From Hydrolagus colliei (Eukaryota): a DNA stretch of 64,000 bases. Positions within the stretch are counted from its first letter, which is position 1; every line of letters starts with the position of its first letter. The stretch covers positions 2,480,001 through 2,544,000 of the forward strand of contig CM068759.1 of the NCBI GenBank assembly GCA_035084275.1, read 5' to 3'. A program made the translations under genes and the position numbers. Shown in pieces: positions 38,586 through 52,634 of the stretch. Below the pieces are notes generated by a model. It was not told the DNA's origin. It worked only from the letters and a program-made list of their open reading frames with translations, and did no database searches.

Positions 38586-38998
38586 AGGATTGAGGGACTT
38601 CAGTTATGGGGAAAGGCTAGATAGGCTACGTTTATTCTCTTTAGAACAGAGAAGGTGAGAGGAGACCTAAAGAGGTTTATAAAATCATGAGGGGATTCGA
38701 CAGGGTGAATAAGGAAAAACTGTTTCCACTAGTGGGTGAATAGATTTAAAATTGTTTCAAAATGAAGCAGAGGGAGAATTTTTTTCACTCAGAGGGTTGT
38801 TCGAATCTGGAATGCATTGCCTGAAAAGGTGGTGGAGGCCGATTCGACAACAGCTTTTAAAAGAGAATTAGATCAGGTCTGTTAGGTTATGGGGAGAGAG
38901 CTGGGCAGTGGGATTGAGTTGCTCTTTTCAAAGAGCCGGCACAGACTAGAATGGGCCGAATGGCCTCCTTTTGTCCTGTAAAATTCCATGATTCTATG
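38586..38998 (+). mobile_element. CR1 LINE 3' end, frameshifted and deleted
   Basis: aligns with 22343-22745; ends with the CR1 octamer repeats ATTCCATG-ATTCTATG. Confidence 0.92.
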
Positions 38999-39060
38999 TT
39001 CCTGGCACATTCTGGAGGCAACCAAGATGATTTTCACTTTCACCCACAAACGTTAGACAA

Positions 39061-39112
39061 GGAACATAGGAACAGAAGGAAGCCATTCAGCCTTCAAGCC
39101 TGCTTGCCATTA
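39061..39112 (-). mobile_element. CR1-type 3' terminus fragment
   Basis: GAACATAGGAACAG..GCCATTCAGCC. Confidence 0.5.
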
Positions 39113-39817
39113 AGTAACTATTTGAACAGTCATTACCAAAGCAGCCATGAACTTGCAATAAGAAAAGTGCTTGAATCTGGAGAGCTAAAGCTAATTTTGT
39201 CAAGAATCAGGATTATTTTTTAGTAGTAAAAATGATCTTCCCAGATAATGTTTGTAATATATATACTTTCAAGCTGCTGAAATGACTTTCTTATTAAATT
39301 GAAGCAGGAACATTCACAGTACAAATTAGATTTCCCTGAACTGGTTGGTGTTTGAAGATGGATATTCTAATGTTTTGCAGCACCATTTAGAATACAATTG
39401 CACTGCAGGATTATAAATAGGATCTTAGACTTTGTGATTTCCGTGTTGATTTGGGACTTTCTGGTGATTAAAATCAACAGAAACAACAAATGATATAGCA
39501 CTCTTCACATCGGGACCAAAATCAGTGACCGTAGCCCAGCATAGAGGCAATCAAAACCCACATTGTAAAGAGACACGTTATAACAGAGTTCGACCCTATT
39601 TCTCTTCCGCAATTGCATACAGCTTCGAGGTACCCTGGATTTCCATGTGCCTTTACAGGTGTGTGTGTTTACTTGTTTACTTTAAGAACATGGGATGAAA
39701 ATGAATAAATTAGTGCATTTTTAAAAGAAAAGCAAATCTAATCCAAATTATTTGCTGATTCAATTTGCAAGAGTCACTGGCTCCAGAGCCCTGAGCCACA
39801 CCGCAAAGCTGCTATAA

Positions 39818-39850
39818 TGATGCCATCTGGTGTTTTTCTGGGACCTACAG
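39818..39850 (-). promoter_or_regulatory. CTCF motif with upstream module
   Basis: minus strand CTGTAGGTCCC-agaaa-AACACCAGATGGCATCA. Confidence 0.55.
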
Positions 39851-42639
39851 TTGAAGCAGCACTAAACAGTGTCAGATTTACACATTAATTAAAAAAAAAC
39901 AATCCCCAAAACTGCACTGAGCCTCTTGACCTGCACTCGCTCGGACTGAACAAGTCCCAAAATGTGGTGGTGGCTTGAAAGGCAGCCCAGAAACTGATCG
40001 TCTGCACCTGCAGTGAAGCATCTTTGAGGGGTTTGGGGGAAAAAATAGTGTTTCACCACCGGGAACAGACAGGACTCGAAATGTCAACTTCCTTTTCCGA
40101 CTCGGGCTGATCCGTTGTGGATTTCTTTGGATTTCATTTTCGCTTCAGATTTCCAACATCTGGGCATATTTTTTTGCCTCCCCCCCACCAAAAAAAATAC
40201 ATTCCACAATGCACTTATGAAATAATTGCACTGTTCATTCCACTCGATTTTGTTGTAAAAAAAAAATCAGGCCTGCTTTTTATTTCACTTCATGAAGAAG
40301 TCAGCGTTTTGATTTCACATAACCATTTATGGTCAATGATGGCCTGAATGGTACATGATTGCGTACTCTAATAGGTATAATTACACACTCGAAGCTTTGC
40401 TTGCCTGCGACAACAAATTGTGTAAAAAATGCTTGATAACCAAATGTATTAATGCTTGAAAACATGCGTGAGGTATGGCAATAGCAATTCTGGGCATCTG
40501 ATAATCTTACTGTTGCTGGAATATTGCCTGCCCCTAGAATTTCATGTTCCAAATTATCAACCACTTTCATCTTATGCATCTTATTGCTCATGCATTAGTA
40601 CTGTTGAGTTCCTTCACGCCACCCAGTGACATCTCTAAGGTGAAATTATCAGAAGGTTATTTTTGAAAGCAAAGGAAGTTGGTGTTTTCTGAAGCTTTTC
40701 GAACAAATTAATATTTAATGGGGTCTCATTTGCACTGCTTATTAATGGGGTTCCTTGAGAATGAATCCCGTTAGAATTCCCGTCAATCTACTGGAACGCT
40801 TAATCTGAATGTTCCCATAATTAATATCCAAATGTGATCCAGGGGTGATACATATATCTAAATGAGTCCTCATTTTTGTGACTCTAGATGAAAGAATTAT
40901 TCATGAATCCCTTAAGAATTGGCACAAAAGTATATCGTGCTGTATCGAGCAAAATAGCTGCAGTACTTTAACTATAAGTACAGTAAAAGCTTTTGTAATT
41001 TGAATTGTTTTTGTAAAATAAACATAACAAAATTGGTCTTGGTGAAATGGCAGCAGTAATCTATTTGCGTAATCGTGAATAAACTGCCTCAATTATTGAT
41101 GGCTCAAAAAGTCACCCAAGAAAGGAAGCGTCCCAGTGAACCTCAGATGACTCTAGCCAAAGTTAACCTCGGCAGCAATTCTTGGTTGCTAAAGCCATGA
41201 AATATTCAGAGCAAAATTCCATTTGTGGGCAGTAATTCGAGTATGGGATGCAACCTGCAGTGTCATGCACGGCAAACTGATCAGTGTCGTTTAAAAAATA
41301 ATTGTTGATGAATTGTCAACCCACCAGCAAAAGTGTTGACACCTCCTTTTGCCTCCACCCACAAATTATGTTTAGGCTGCAGGCTTTTTTTTAAAAAAAA
41401 ATTACTTTCTAAAGTGAAGTTGTTTTGACTGCAAGTGACAGCATATCCTTGCCTACTTTTGTACCAATCTTGGTTGCAGCTAAAGCTCAAGATTGTTACA
41501 GTTATCCTTCAAACTTTTCCAACAAGTCCTCTATAACCATAAAATATAATTGCCTGTGAAATTGAAAATGAAACCAGTGAGATTCATTCGCTAAGACTAT
41601 TTGACCCGAAGGAGTTTGCTAACAGCTTCGAAGATGTCCGTTTTTACTGTTGGAGATTCTGATTCCTTTACCAGCATGATTAGACTGATCTCTCGGCCCC
41701 GTTATGCTCCACGGACTGATCATTTCTGTTGCTTATTTGAAAGCAAAGGATTTATCTAATGCAAACTTTGCTGTCATGATTGCTGGAAATGCTAATACGT
41801 TCAGGATAGATAGAATGACCATATTTAACTTGTTCCATCAGCACGTAAGAAACATTATTAATGATATTTAACAATGACACATCAAATAGTTCTGAAAGCT
41901 GCTGGGTTAATGTGACAATGTAAAGGCATCGATATTTTTCACAATAGGGAAGGTAAAATGCACTATTCTGGATTTCATTTTACACTGATGTCTGTGCCTG
42001 AACTGTAGAAAGCCAACATAATCTGTGTGTGTGTGTGTGTTTGTGTGTGTTTGTGCAATAGGAGGGGTTGTATCTGTTACTAATAACAACAATTTTTTTT
42101 AGTGATTTAAAATGATTGCAGCCATTTAGACACATGTCAACAATACAATGAGAGTAATCAGTCAGCAAGTATTTTATCTTTTAATTCCTCTTACGTTTGA
42201 TCTCGCTTGTTCCCTTCACCGTTTTGGTGGACTTTATGCAGAAACTATCAAATTTGTTTCTTGCAAAGCTTTTCATCAATTCTTGCTGAATTGCTTTCCT
42301 TAACACTTTACTTAAATTTCGGTTATTCCTGTGAATAGCCGGAAGGTCTCCCATTCTCCTGTATGTAAATTTATCCTTGGAGCTTTCTGTTACCTCGGAA
42401 TTGCTTCTTTTATTACTTCTAAGGTTCTGTTCAGTTATTCCTTCCAGCCGTAGATGATTGTAATTTGAACAACGGAAATTACGTTGAATTGACAGAATCA
42501 AATAAATTGGTTTGTACTGTTCGATATAAGCATTGTTAACCAGGCTAAAGTCATTTTCAGATTAACCAGGATTATTATTCTGTAAGAATTGCAAACTGCT
42601 TCAAGCTAATATTTCACTCTACTGTAAGGAAAGTGTCAG

Positions 42640-42950
42640 TCTGCCTCAGTTGGCAGCAAAATGATAGGTTCACGGCCCCACGTTGACACTTTGTGTAGAA
42701 CTTCAATGCAGTCCTGGGCGGATGCTGCATTGGTGAGAGGTGTCGTCTTTTGAATGAGAGACGAAACCGAGCCCCCGCATACCCGCTCAGGTGAACGGCA
42801 AAGATCGCGTTGCACTATTCAAGATGAGGGTTTCTCTCCCAGTATTTTGGCCAACAATCTTCCAAATAAAATTGGTCGTTCACTTCATGGCCTTTGCGGT
42901 CAGATTAGCTGCTTTGCTCGCAAAATACGGCCATTCCACTTACTGTGTAA
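42640..42950 (+). mobile_element. Old DeuSINE (SacSINE1-like)
   Basis: degenerate tRNA head, then GCTGCATTGG..GAGGTGTCGTCTTTTGAATGAGA..AAACCGAG..CTCAGGTGAACG..AAAGATC..GCACTATTC (Deu domain). Confidence 0.75.
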
Positions 42951-43327
42951 CTATTCTGTATTTTTTTACATCATTTTAATATTTTTTTATCAAAGCATTT
43001 GCATGCACATCACATGAGATCAATCTCCCGAAGCCTTTTCCCTGTGTGGCTGGCTTGTTGTCTGTGCTTGATGTATTTCTTGGCATTTATAACTGCATCG
43101 GACTATTTGTTCTGAAGCAGCTAAGTCAGCTTCCTCTCGCCAGTCTCCAGTGTTTGCAACAGCTACTTTGGAACTCAATAAGGCAGACAATGAATCTTTG
43201 TCTTTTCCAGCTCATTAACAATCACAGTACAGTATATGCAAATTTACAGTCTTAACAACCCTCATTTTCTTTGACGCTAACATTTTTTCAGGTTGGTTTA
43301 ACCATTAATTCTGTTTGCATTGATATG

Positions 43328-43447
43328 TTCGCCCACAAGTATACAATCGATTCACTTTACAGTATATTTCGTGAAGCGCTTTTGAGACGTCTGGAAGATA
43401 TGAAAAGCGCTATATCAAAAGCAAGGATTATTATTATTTTATTATTA
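43328..43447 (+). mobile_element. Dominant SINE tail fragment
   Basis: TTCGCCCACAA..GCAAGGATTATTA. Confidence 0.85.
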
Positions 43448-43624
43448 CTGTATTATCAAAACAATTTGTGTTAGCACGAAATTCGGTTTATACTTTTCAC
43501 CCCTCATGTCTTCTGGGCTGATGAAATTAACCGACAGAACCTATATACCAGAACTTCTGATTGAATCATTAGGCAATCCAAGTGGGATTATGAATACATC
43601 TTTGACTGTGATCTTGCAACAAAA

Positions 43625-43850
43625 AACAATCCCATGGCTCTATTTGAAAAGAGACGGGAATTTCATCCAGTTTCCTGGCTTAATCAATTCCCCCAAGTGA
43701 AATCTAAGTGGTTGATCACTTCATGGCTGTTTGTGGGACATTGCACAAATTGGTTGCCTCATTTGCCTGAAAATATACAATCACTGTAAAATCTCACAGC
43801 GACATGAAAAGCAAAGAAATATCAAATGCAGTAGATTACTTGTTTATTTA
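43625..43850 (+). mobile_element. Old DeuSINE 3' relic
   Basis: ATCCCATGGCTCTATTTGAA..TCCTGGC..GCTGTTTGTGGGAC..CAAATTGGTTGCC. Confidence 0.65.
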
Positions 43851-46800
43851 AGGCAGTGTGTTTCGTCCGAGGGAAATAAGGAGGAGATAGTCATTCTCTC
43901 TTACCTCTTAACAGCTGATTCAAGAATTCCAATGGCACAGGTGATGGAGGCTGCCTGCTTGCATCTTGGTGAGGAATGGGATCTCGAAGGCAGGGAAGGA
44001 AAATATTTGCTTGCCTAATAACTTCAAATATATAGAAGGTGACTTCTTCGAAACCAATTCAATGCATTTGGTGGGGGAAAGCAAATCATCAATCACAGTT
44101 AGCTCACTCTCCTTGGCGTTATAAAAATAAATAAAACAGAGCTGTTCTGTGTCAAAGTATGTGTGTGTGTGTTGTTTCTTTGATACACAGGAAGATTATT
44201 TTATTTTTATTACTGCGTCAGTATATTGCAGGAATAAGCTGAAAGAGCTGGTGGAATGACGCACCCAAACGCTGCTGTTTTCTGAGAAAAATGTACGTTT
44301 GCTTGAAACTCTGTTTCGTTTGTCACCACTGACCTTGCCATGCTGTGGTTTTGCTGCAGTGTCCTACAAGCATTTCTTTTTGTTCTTCAACTAGTTTCTT
44401 CACTTACATCAAGAATGCTACAATGTCCATCCGTATCCTCCTGGATTACTAATGGAAGTCAGCAGCAGGATAATATTTCAGCCTCTGGCGCATTTCCAAC
44501 CTGTAGTTTCAGGATTCCCGATGTACAGAGATGTTCTTGAGTTTAACAAACGGTTCTCAAATAAGAATCTATATCAAGGTAGTTGCCTTGGTTTCATTTG
44601 GGGAATAAAGGTCAAAATCACTATGCTTCATAGCACTGACATAAGTTAGAGTTAACTTCACACAAAAAAACTTTGTGCCCTGGATAATTCCGTGGTGCCG
44701 ATTTTGTAACACTTATTATTTTATATTCCAATATTTACGCTGCTACAGAAAATGAACTGGTGTAGTCTGCTCAACGAGGGGAAAAGGAAAGTCTATTGAA
44801 ATATTTAATGCAAAGATATTTCTATACACCGGAAGCCGGAAAAGTGTACATTTTAATCCTGAAAAGGATAATCGTTAACAACAGAATTCACATAGCATAA
44901 TGTGTCCAGTCCACATATCATCTTTATCTGAACTATTTTAGGAATTCATCAAATCAGATAATTCCAAAAAGAATTGACCCACAGTTGCATGAATCGGAAA
45001 TACTTTTGGTACAAATATTTTCACATTCCCCCACCATTCCTTCTCAACTTTGTTCGTAAATCCAACAAATCAAATATCAAATCGAAGTTTCAAATACATG
45101 TGCAGTCTTAAGTATGAAGAGGAAATGTAACGTGCATCTGTAATGGCGTTTCTAGCCGATATTTCAGGAGTACTTTTGGTCTGAAATTGTCTGGCTCCTC
45201 TTTTTTTAACGCTGAGCACTGCAGATTTCTCACTAACCGGTGAGGTAGATCGGTCAACCTGCTTTGCAGTGAAAGGCATTTCATTAAAAAGAATAAGTCT
45301 GAATTTACAAGAAGGCTCCAATACACTGGCTGATGCATCGGGCATTTTAAGAGCTCTGACAGGCAGGAAAGGGACTTTGTATCTTTGAAGGTACACTGTG
45401 TGCAGTTGGCACATTTCCTATCTCTGCATTCCCAATCAAGTCCAACCTTTGCAGACAAAAAGATGAAAAAAAATCCTTTGGTCGAATGCCTTTGATATAG
45501 CAGAGAAAATCCATTCCTGCTTCCTCCCCTCTCCCCCCCATCCTCCAATTATTTCTCTAATTTGAAATATTTTTGGACCTATATGATTTATACACAAGTT
45601 CACCTTTCTGGATTCTCATTTAATTATTGCATCTCTATTTGGGTGCTGACTGAAATACGCTTAGCTTACTCTCTCCACCCCTCCCTCCACCCACCCCTCT
45701 GCCTTCACAACCATAATATAATATCTTGCTCTATCTTGTTACCAGTTAGGAACACTGTGCCTTGTAGATCAGATGAATGTGAAATGCAGTCATTGAAATG
45801 TGTAATTAAATAATCCTGATTTTTTACACATAAAATTACGAGTGATAGCAGCCCTGCCAATGGCACTGCAGCTAAACTAAACGTAGACTGTGTTTTTTAA
45901 CCGGTCCATTTCGGCCATGGGTCTTCTGAAGTAAGTCAAGCGTATTGATCTGGGACGTTGAGCAAGTCGCACGGGCATTGTAGCACACATGGAAACGCTA
46001 TTCGATGCATGTACTTCAGTATACATCGAGTTGCCAACGGGAATTCTGCCAAAAAATAAAGGCGTATTTTCAAATGGCAAAGGGAACTGCATTGTACTCT
46101 TGTCACAAGTCTTGTACAAGGAGATCCCCACCAACAGTCACCTTTCCCACATTGATTAGAGAGATTCCCCCCCCACTCATCCTACAGATGATCAGCAATG
46201 GTAGGAACATTACAGATGTCAACGCCATGTACTCTAAAGGCCATGTTTTGCGATGGTCTCCTCATTGCCTCATCCCTGCCCAACTTTGCTTGGATTATTG
46301 GTGAATAGCATATCTAGGATGCGTATCTTCCCCTTGTGGCAATCAATGGAGTGAGAGCACGATGAAGAGAAACTGTTACAAGGATGCCATTCGGCATATT
46401 CAGCCACAAGTTGCTTTGGCTGGCATATCAGGAGACATTGCACGATTCTCACCCACCCAAACAAAAAGGTGACCAAAAGAATGGTCATATAACTGCAAGT
46501 AATGGGATCTAATTACCCTTGAAAGCAGCACACAGAACAGACTTGAGCGAGGAGAAACTGATGTTGTAGAACCTGTTAGTATTGAACAAGGTCACCAAGA
46601 AAGCTGAGTTCTGAGGCAACTAATTATAGATTATTTCTCTTAGCAGTGTTTATATCCTCCAAATGCAATGCACCTGATTTAGTCCACTGCGGGAACATAG
46701 TGATTGATTGTGCCTTCTCCTGCAAGGAGAAAAATGAACAAGAATTCAGACCGTTTAACGTAATTTCAAATTGATGGGGATTTTATTGAGGCAAACTCAT

Positions 46801-47046
46801 AATTAGTGCCACTGTAGTGCATGCTCCAGTGAACCTTTTCGGTCTTGCAGCTCTTATGAGATGGTGTGCTAACCAACTTGACTCTGCCTCGTGCATCTTT
46901 TAATTTGAGTTTCACTAAGAGAGGGCTGAGACAGTGAAGGCGCAGGGGTGGTGCAAATTATATTGATCTTTCAGTCAGGAATTTAAGTTGGCTTGTTTTG
47001 AACAGAGGACAGACAACGCAAAGTGTCTGTGCCTTGCCCCCATCCT

Positions 47047-47135
47047 TAATAATAAGAATAATCCTTGCGTTTGAGACATTTCAAAGCACATCACATAATG
47101 TACCGTAATGTGAATTGACTGCATTTCGTGGGCAA
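47047..47135 (-). mobile_element. Dominant SINE tail fragment
   Basis: AATAATCCTTGCGTTTGA..GTGAATTGACTG. Confidence 0.7.
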
Positions 47136-47265
47136 TCCTTGACTGGCTCCCCATCCCCGAGAGGATTGTGTTCAAGATCCTCGTCCTCACCTTTAAAGCT
47201 CTCCACCGTCTTGCCCCCAACCTACTGCTGTGACCTTCTAAAGCATTACCCATCCGACTCCTCTG
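47136..47265 (+). mobile_element. L2 LINE ORF2 fragment
   Basis: encodes LDWLPIPERIVFKILVLTFKALHRLAP, matching the 53927-54402 L2. Confidence 0.85.
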
Positions 47266-47840
47266 CTCAGCAGGCTATTGCTGGTCTGTTTCAAGCAATA
47301 GTCTCTGTTTGACAAGAGAATCCAGGGCCGCAAATTGCAGCCACATGAATTAAAGTGATGTAACCATGTAAGAAAGCTTTTAGGTAGACTCTTTTTCAGG
47401 CACAGTTAGAACAGATACCCCCAGCTGCATAGAGTTACGTGCTATAAACTTCATTTGTTTGTAGATCTAACTTCACATTTATCAGCCGGCTTTAGATTGT
47501 AACACTGTCATTGGATACAAGTACATCCTTCACGCTGAATCAATAAACCTCGATCTCCTCCATCATCTTTGATGAGAATTTAATAATCTTTCTTTTAATC
47601 TGTGAATGATATAGTAGCTTCAAGACTAATCAAGGGCTCCAATCTTAATAATTCATTGTGACATTTGCCTCGCTCGCTCCTCTTATCTCATTCATACGTT
47701 GCAGCGCTTATCTGCCTACAAAGTTTGAGACTTGGAGCACTGCTGCTTTCCTGGGACAGCTCGTCCACCTCATCTCTTTCACTTGCGAACAAACGAGCAG
47801 AAAAATGTTGTTGCCAGATGGGCGATTCTTCTCACTGTTG

Positions 47841-47908
47841 GTGTCAAGCGCTCTGAGATGCCGTCCGGCGTGGAGGGCACAATATAAATCGAAGTTGTTG
47901 TTGTTGTT
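47841..47908 (+). mobile_element. L2-type 3' tail (second subfamily)
   Basis: AAGCGCTCTGAGATGCC..TGGAGGGCAC..ATAAATCGAAG followed by (TTG)n. Confidence 0.75.
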
Positions 47909-47946
47909 CGACCATTATAACATTGCCTTATAACTTGCATATATTG

Positions 47947-48049
47947 ATAATAATAATAATCATCCAAAATATACTGTAAAAGTGAATTGACAGTATGTTT
48001 GTGGGCGAAATGCAGCAGCCATTTGCGCACAGCAGCGTCCCACAAACAG
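47947..48049 (-). mobile_element. Dominant SINE fragment, internally deleted
   Basis: (TAA)n joined directly to ATACTGTAAAAGTGAATTGAC..CCCACAAACAG. Confidence 0.8.
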
Positions 48050-49049
48050 ATACTAACATGGCGATTGCTCTCCCAAACTTATCTCTTTTTTGTCTGTCAA
48101 GTCCAACATTGTCCTACGTCCTGTGCACTGCATCCTTAATGTGTTGCAATCAAAACTCTATAAACTTGTTTTTACCTTAAGAATATCGAATTATTCTTCC
48201 AGCAATCTCCAGGTATAGTGTTATCTTGCTTTTTTTTCCTGTTACTTTTTCCATTAAAAACTAAAGTGGCATACAGGTATATCAGTTTCTAAGGTTTTCT
48301 ATTTTTAAAAAAACTCATTCAAACTAGAATGAGAATTATTTTGTTAAATACAATGTAATTGATACAAAGGGATAATTATTTCTCTGATTGAATGATCGCT
48401 CCTTCCTCTCTGTATCAACATGGTAAAATGCCTTGAAACCCTTTACCATAGCAACACAACCTCTCAAATGCCAAGGTCATAGTGTGCAATTCATTCCTTA
48501 CCAATGACACACTGAAGAAATGCAGATTATCACTGTGATATTGTATGAATTCCAAGATTTTGCTTTATATCGTTGGAAAGGCAAATTGCGTTTTTAATTG
48601 AACCAAATCCTTGTTTTTAATTTGCAACCAAATCACCTTAATTAAAACAATTAAGATGAAAAAAATAAAAGTAAACTAATGATTATTAGTTCATAGGAAC
48701 ATTTCAAAACATCCACATTACATTGTCTAATGATGTGTAGTTTTGCACTTTGGCATATATATATTGTATATATTTTTAAAAGAAAACATTGACACTCTGT
48801 ACATCTGCAGTAATTTTTGGAAACTAATACAATGACTTTGTAAGCCGACATGAACATGTGAATAGCCTCAAGGCCGCTGAGGACTGATTACATGTCCTTT
48901 ACTTCATTTCAGCATAAATTGACATATGCATAACCTTGTATTTTTGCTGTATTTATGAATGGACCAGAGCGTTAACTGATTAAAAGCAAAATAGCTGCTT
49001 TGTAACATTTGTTTTTACTACTGTAACCTTTGCACTTATTAATCCGTGC

Positions 49050-49338
49050 AATGGAAATAGCGCCTTAGCACTGCTTCGAGACATCTCAAAAGTGCTTCAC
49101 AGAAAACACCGTAAAGTGGATGGACGCCCGATGTGAATAATAATAATAATAATACTTGCATTTGATATAGCGCTTTCCACGTCGTCCTAGAAGTCTCAAA
49201 GCGCTTCACAAAATATATTGTAAAGTGAATTGACTGTATATTTGTGGGATATACAAATATTCAATATTCAGTGTCCCACAAACAGTCATGGATTGAAACG
49301 ACCAAATTATTATTTTTTGAGAGATTATTATTAAGCGT
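49050..49338 (-). mobile_element. Two tandem dominant-SINE 3' fragments
   Basis: diverged tail at ~49050-49125, clearer copy at 49136-49338. Confidence 0.8.
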
Positions 49339-50219
49339 ATATTATTAAGCATATGTGAAAGGCTCTATATACAAATGTAATTTTGTTGCTGTTGTTATAT
49401 TTGGTGGCACTTAAATCACGAGGAGAAAAAGTGTTCTACCCCTTGTTTGCCTATGAATGTGAATTCAACTTCACAATTCCACAGACATTATATTGGTTGT
49501 GGAGTCGCATTTCCTGCCGACGTGAAAGGCGCTCCACAAATGTAATTTTATTATTGTTGTTAAAACCCCATACTATGGCAAATGTGATTTGTGAAGGCAA
49601 TGCTGGAAAACCATTTTGTTAAAGCAGAATTTGGCTGTCAACCAGGAGTTTCCACACCTGTCAAATGATGATGATACATTGCTGGGCAGTCGCTTGTGTG
49701 ATGTTTTGGTGTAATCTTTCCTGTTGCCTTAATAATTCAGCGTCAAAGTTCACTTTGGGGATGGTGATTACATGCCACGGTAATTTGCTGTTAAAAACTG
49801 CAACTGCCATTGAAGAGCGTTGCCTGCTTTATTTAGTGTAGTGTGATCGGAACCAATGAATGCTGCACTTTCCATACTATTTTGTAGTCGGTGGAGATCC
49901 GAGGCTTGGACAAGCCCCCTGGAAATGGCATATTTCTACTTATCGGAGTCTGACCTCAAGTGGACTATTTCAAAACGTTTTCCCTTCCTCTCCTATCAGT
50001 TTTATTAACTTTGGAGACATCAAGATCATTCTAGCATTTCTCTCCTTTTATAGGTTTACTTTACTCCAGTTCCATTTGTGCTGCAACTGGTAGGAAACCA
50101 AACTGACACAAGCTTGGCTCTGCGTGGAACCGTTGTCAAGTTAATGAGCTGAATTGAAAATTAACTTGGCAATGGGCAGTAGACATGAATGATAAATGCG
50201 GAGATTTACATAATTCTGG

Positions 50220-50500
50220 TACCCTGCCATTCACAAGATTCATAAACTACTTAGAAATGTACTTGCAATATTCTCCAACTTGCCGCTGATGCCAGCATGT
50301 GGCCAGGTGACACAAATAGGTGAGATTAAACAGCCTTCAAAAATACTGCAACCAATTAACCACAGACTGGCAGATGGATTATAATGTGGCTGAATGGAAA
50401 CTGCTGTATATCAGAAGAGAAAGCAGCAAAAGGTGGATCAGGGAAAGAGAGTCAGGGTCTAATAACCACTGATCAGTCACTGCAAGTGTTTACAAACGTG
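50220..50500 (+). mobile_element. Ancient, heavily decayed CR1 RT fragment
   Basis: ordered motifs LPFTRFINYLE / LAADA / WQMDYNVAEWKLLYIRR / ERE..DQSLQV resemble LFxIFINDL / FADDT / WQMxFNxxKCxVLHxGR / ERDLG..DxSLK. Confidence 0.6.
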
Positions 50501-52634
50501 AAGCAAGTACATCATAGCTTCAATTTGTAGGGTGTCGGTATAAGTCAAGTGCATTTAATCATGAATTAAAAATAAATACAGCTTGTGGAAATTCCTGACA
50601 AGGCTACAGCAGGTTTATTCGGGTTGATGCTGTAGGTGATGCAAGGTTCGAGCACTTCAATGTCGTCTAGTTGTTAATGGAGAGGTTTTCCAGAGGACAG
50701 TGATGCATTTCAGGGGGTTCAAACAGGTTGCTGCTGTGATGGGAGGAGGGTAGGGTGGGTTTTCTAGAAGAATGAGATCAAATGGATCAAAGCACTCTGC
50801 GATGCTATCCTGATGTTGGCAGCAGGTCAGAGCCAATGTTAAATGAAGGGGGTGGAGGATGGAGGTGGGGGAGTGATGGTGGGGGGTGGAGGAATATTAA
50901 TGTGATGGTATTGAAGATTAAAGGCCCCAAATGACACAATGCCTCCCAAATGCCCTTTTCTAGTTCCAGTTTATTTACTTGTGCAGTTGAACTCTCTAAA
51001 TCAACTGGAACGAAAAGTGCAGATACGAAATAAAACTTTGAGGCTGCAATAACAAAAAATGGTGATTAGAAAAGTCGAGCTCTCATATTTACAAATCATG
51101 TTTTTTTTTCAAATTCAGTTTTGCGACTTCTTGTTAGCTGCCATCAGTTCATTGTTTGAATCCCCGCTGTTTGAATTGCAAGTCATGTTCTTCGACGTGA
51201 ATCTATGTTGTTTGACTGTCAACTTTTTGTGCATTCTGCCAATCTGTCACACAATGGTGTAGGTTTCCTGAGGAGTGTAAGTAATGTGTGGATTTACAGC
51301 CATTTGAATTTGACGAAAGGAAATGCAGAGATGCATTATTAATTACTGGAGTCATTAAAAGGCCACAAGATTCTCGAAAGGATGTCTTATCAATAATCTA
51401 GCGCCAGAGACAATAGACCAAATACCACTTGAAGCTCACCAAAGACATTCGGTAACTCAGATCATTAATGCTTGGCAAGTCAATGAAAGATTTAGAGCCC
51501 AATATGGTTTTCAGCATGAAAATGGATTTCAATTTTAATAGGAGGCACTGCAGAATGCACTGTCTGCCAGCTTTGTACAGAGAGTTTAAAGAAATAATAG
51601 CAGCATCTATTATTTTAGATTTTACCAGGAACATTTGCATGCTAATATGATTCCCGTGTTCTTGACATACGAGTAAATTTCTCCTTTCAGCCAATTTCTT
51701 CTTCAAGCCGAGTAAAGCAATGTTGAAACAGAATATATTTTACACATTTGTGTATTTTATTTACATATACAGTTTAAAAAAACATTATTTGGATACAACT
51801 CATCCCTGCGCTTTCCCTGTTTGATAAACGTTTAGCAGGTGGAATGGCATTCAGGAGAAATGTAAGAATTGGGTTGCGCTTTGTCTATGAACATTCAGTT
51901 TTCAGTGGGAAAGAAATATGATGAAAATCCTATATTCACAGTGCAAATATTTATGTTGGTGTTGATCAGCCTTGAGTCTGACACACGTGGAATCCCATCA
52001 ACGGTGCTTACGAGTATCCAAACTGGATTGAGAGTTCCACATGTTTGTCATTAATGTATGGAATGGAATACACACTCAGATGCACCCTAATGTTCTATAA
52101 GCAAGTACTCTTTGGAATAACCATTCGCACACTCGCTAAAGAAAGTTTTTTTCCGTCTTTTACACGAAAAGTCTTGAAAAAATCATTAAAGCAGTACAAT
52201 AGTAAGATTGGCTTGCTAAGTTATATCAGATGAGTTGACATAATATGATGGAGCTACACATTAAACATGTGTGTTTGTGTCCCACTTAACGGTTCTAAGG
52301 AGTGGTGCATTAATATCAATTTATCACAATGTATTTTTATCAGCTCAAAGCAATATCCAGCTCTCAAATGTGTCTACTCTGATTAAATGCTATCAGATCA
52401 GTTGACCTATCTTGAAACATCAATAAACTGATGTTAGCCCCCCCAAAGTGTGGCAGTGGTCAGCAATGAATGAATTATTAAATGTGATGAATTACTGCGT
52501 ACGGTAAGATTAGAAGTCGTGAAAAGTGCTCCCCTTGAACTGATTCTGAAGATTTATTGCCATGTGTCCGTGAATAACCGAGTCATCAATCATTCAGGCT
52601 CCTCAAATGGAAACCTAGCAAGGTAACTTATTCA

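Noticed and set aside
45877-46500. RT/polymerase-like words (YFQMAKGTA, DVNAMYS, RMPFGI)
   Set aside because: Motifs belong to different families, are in the wrong order or frame, and no YxDD follows
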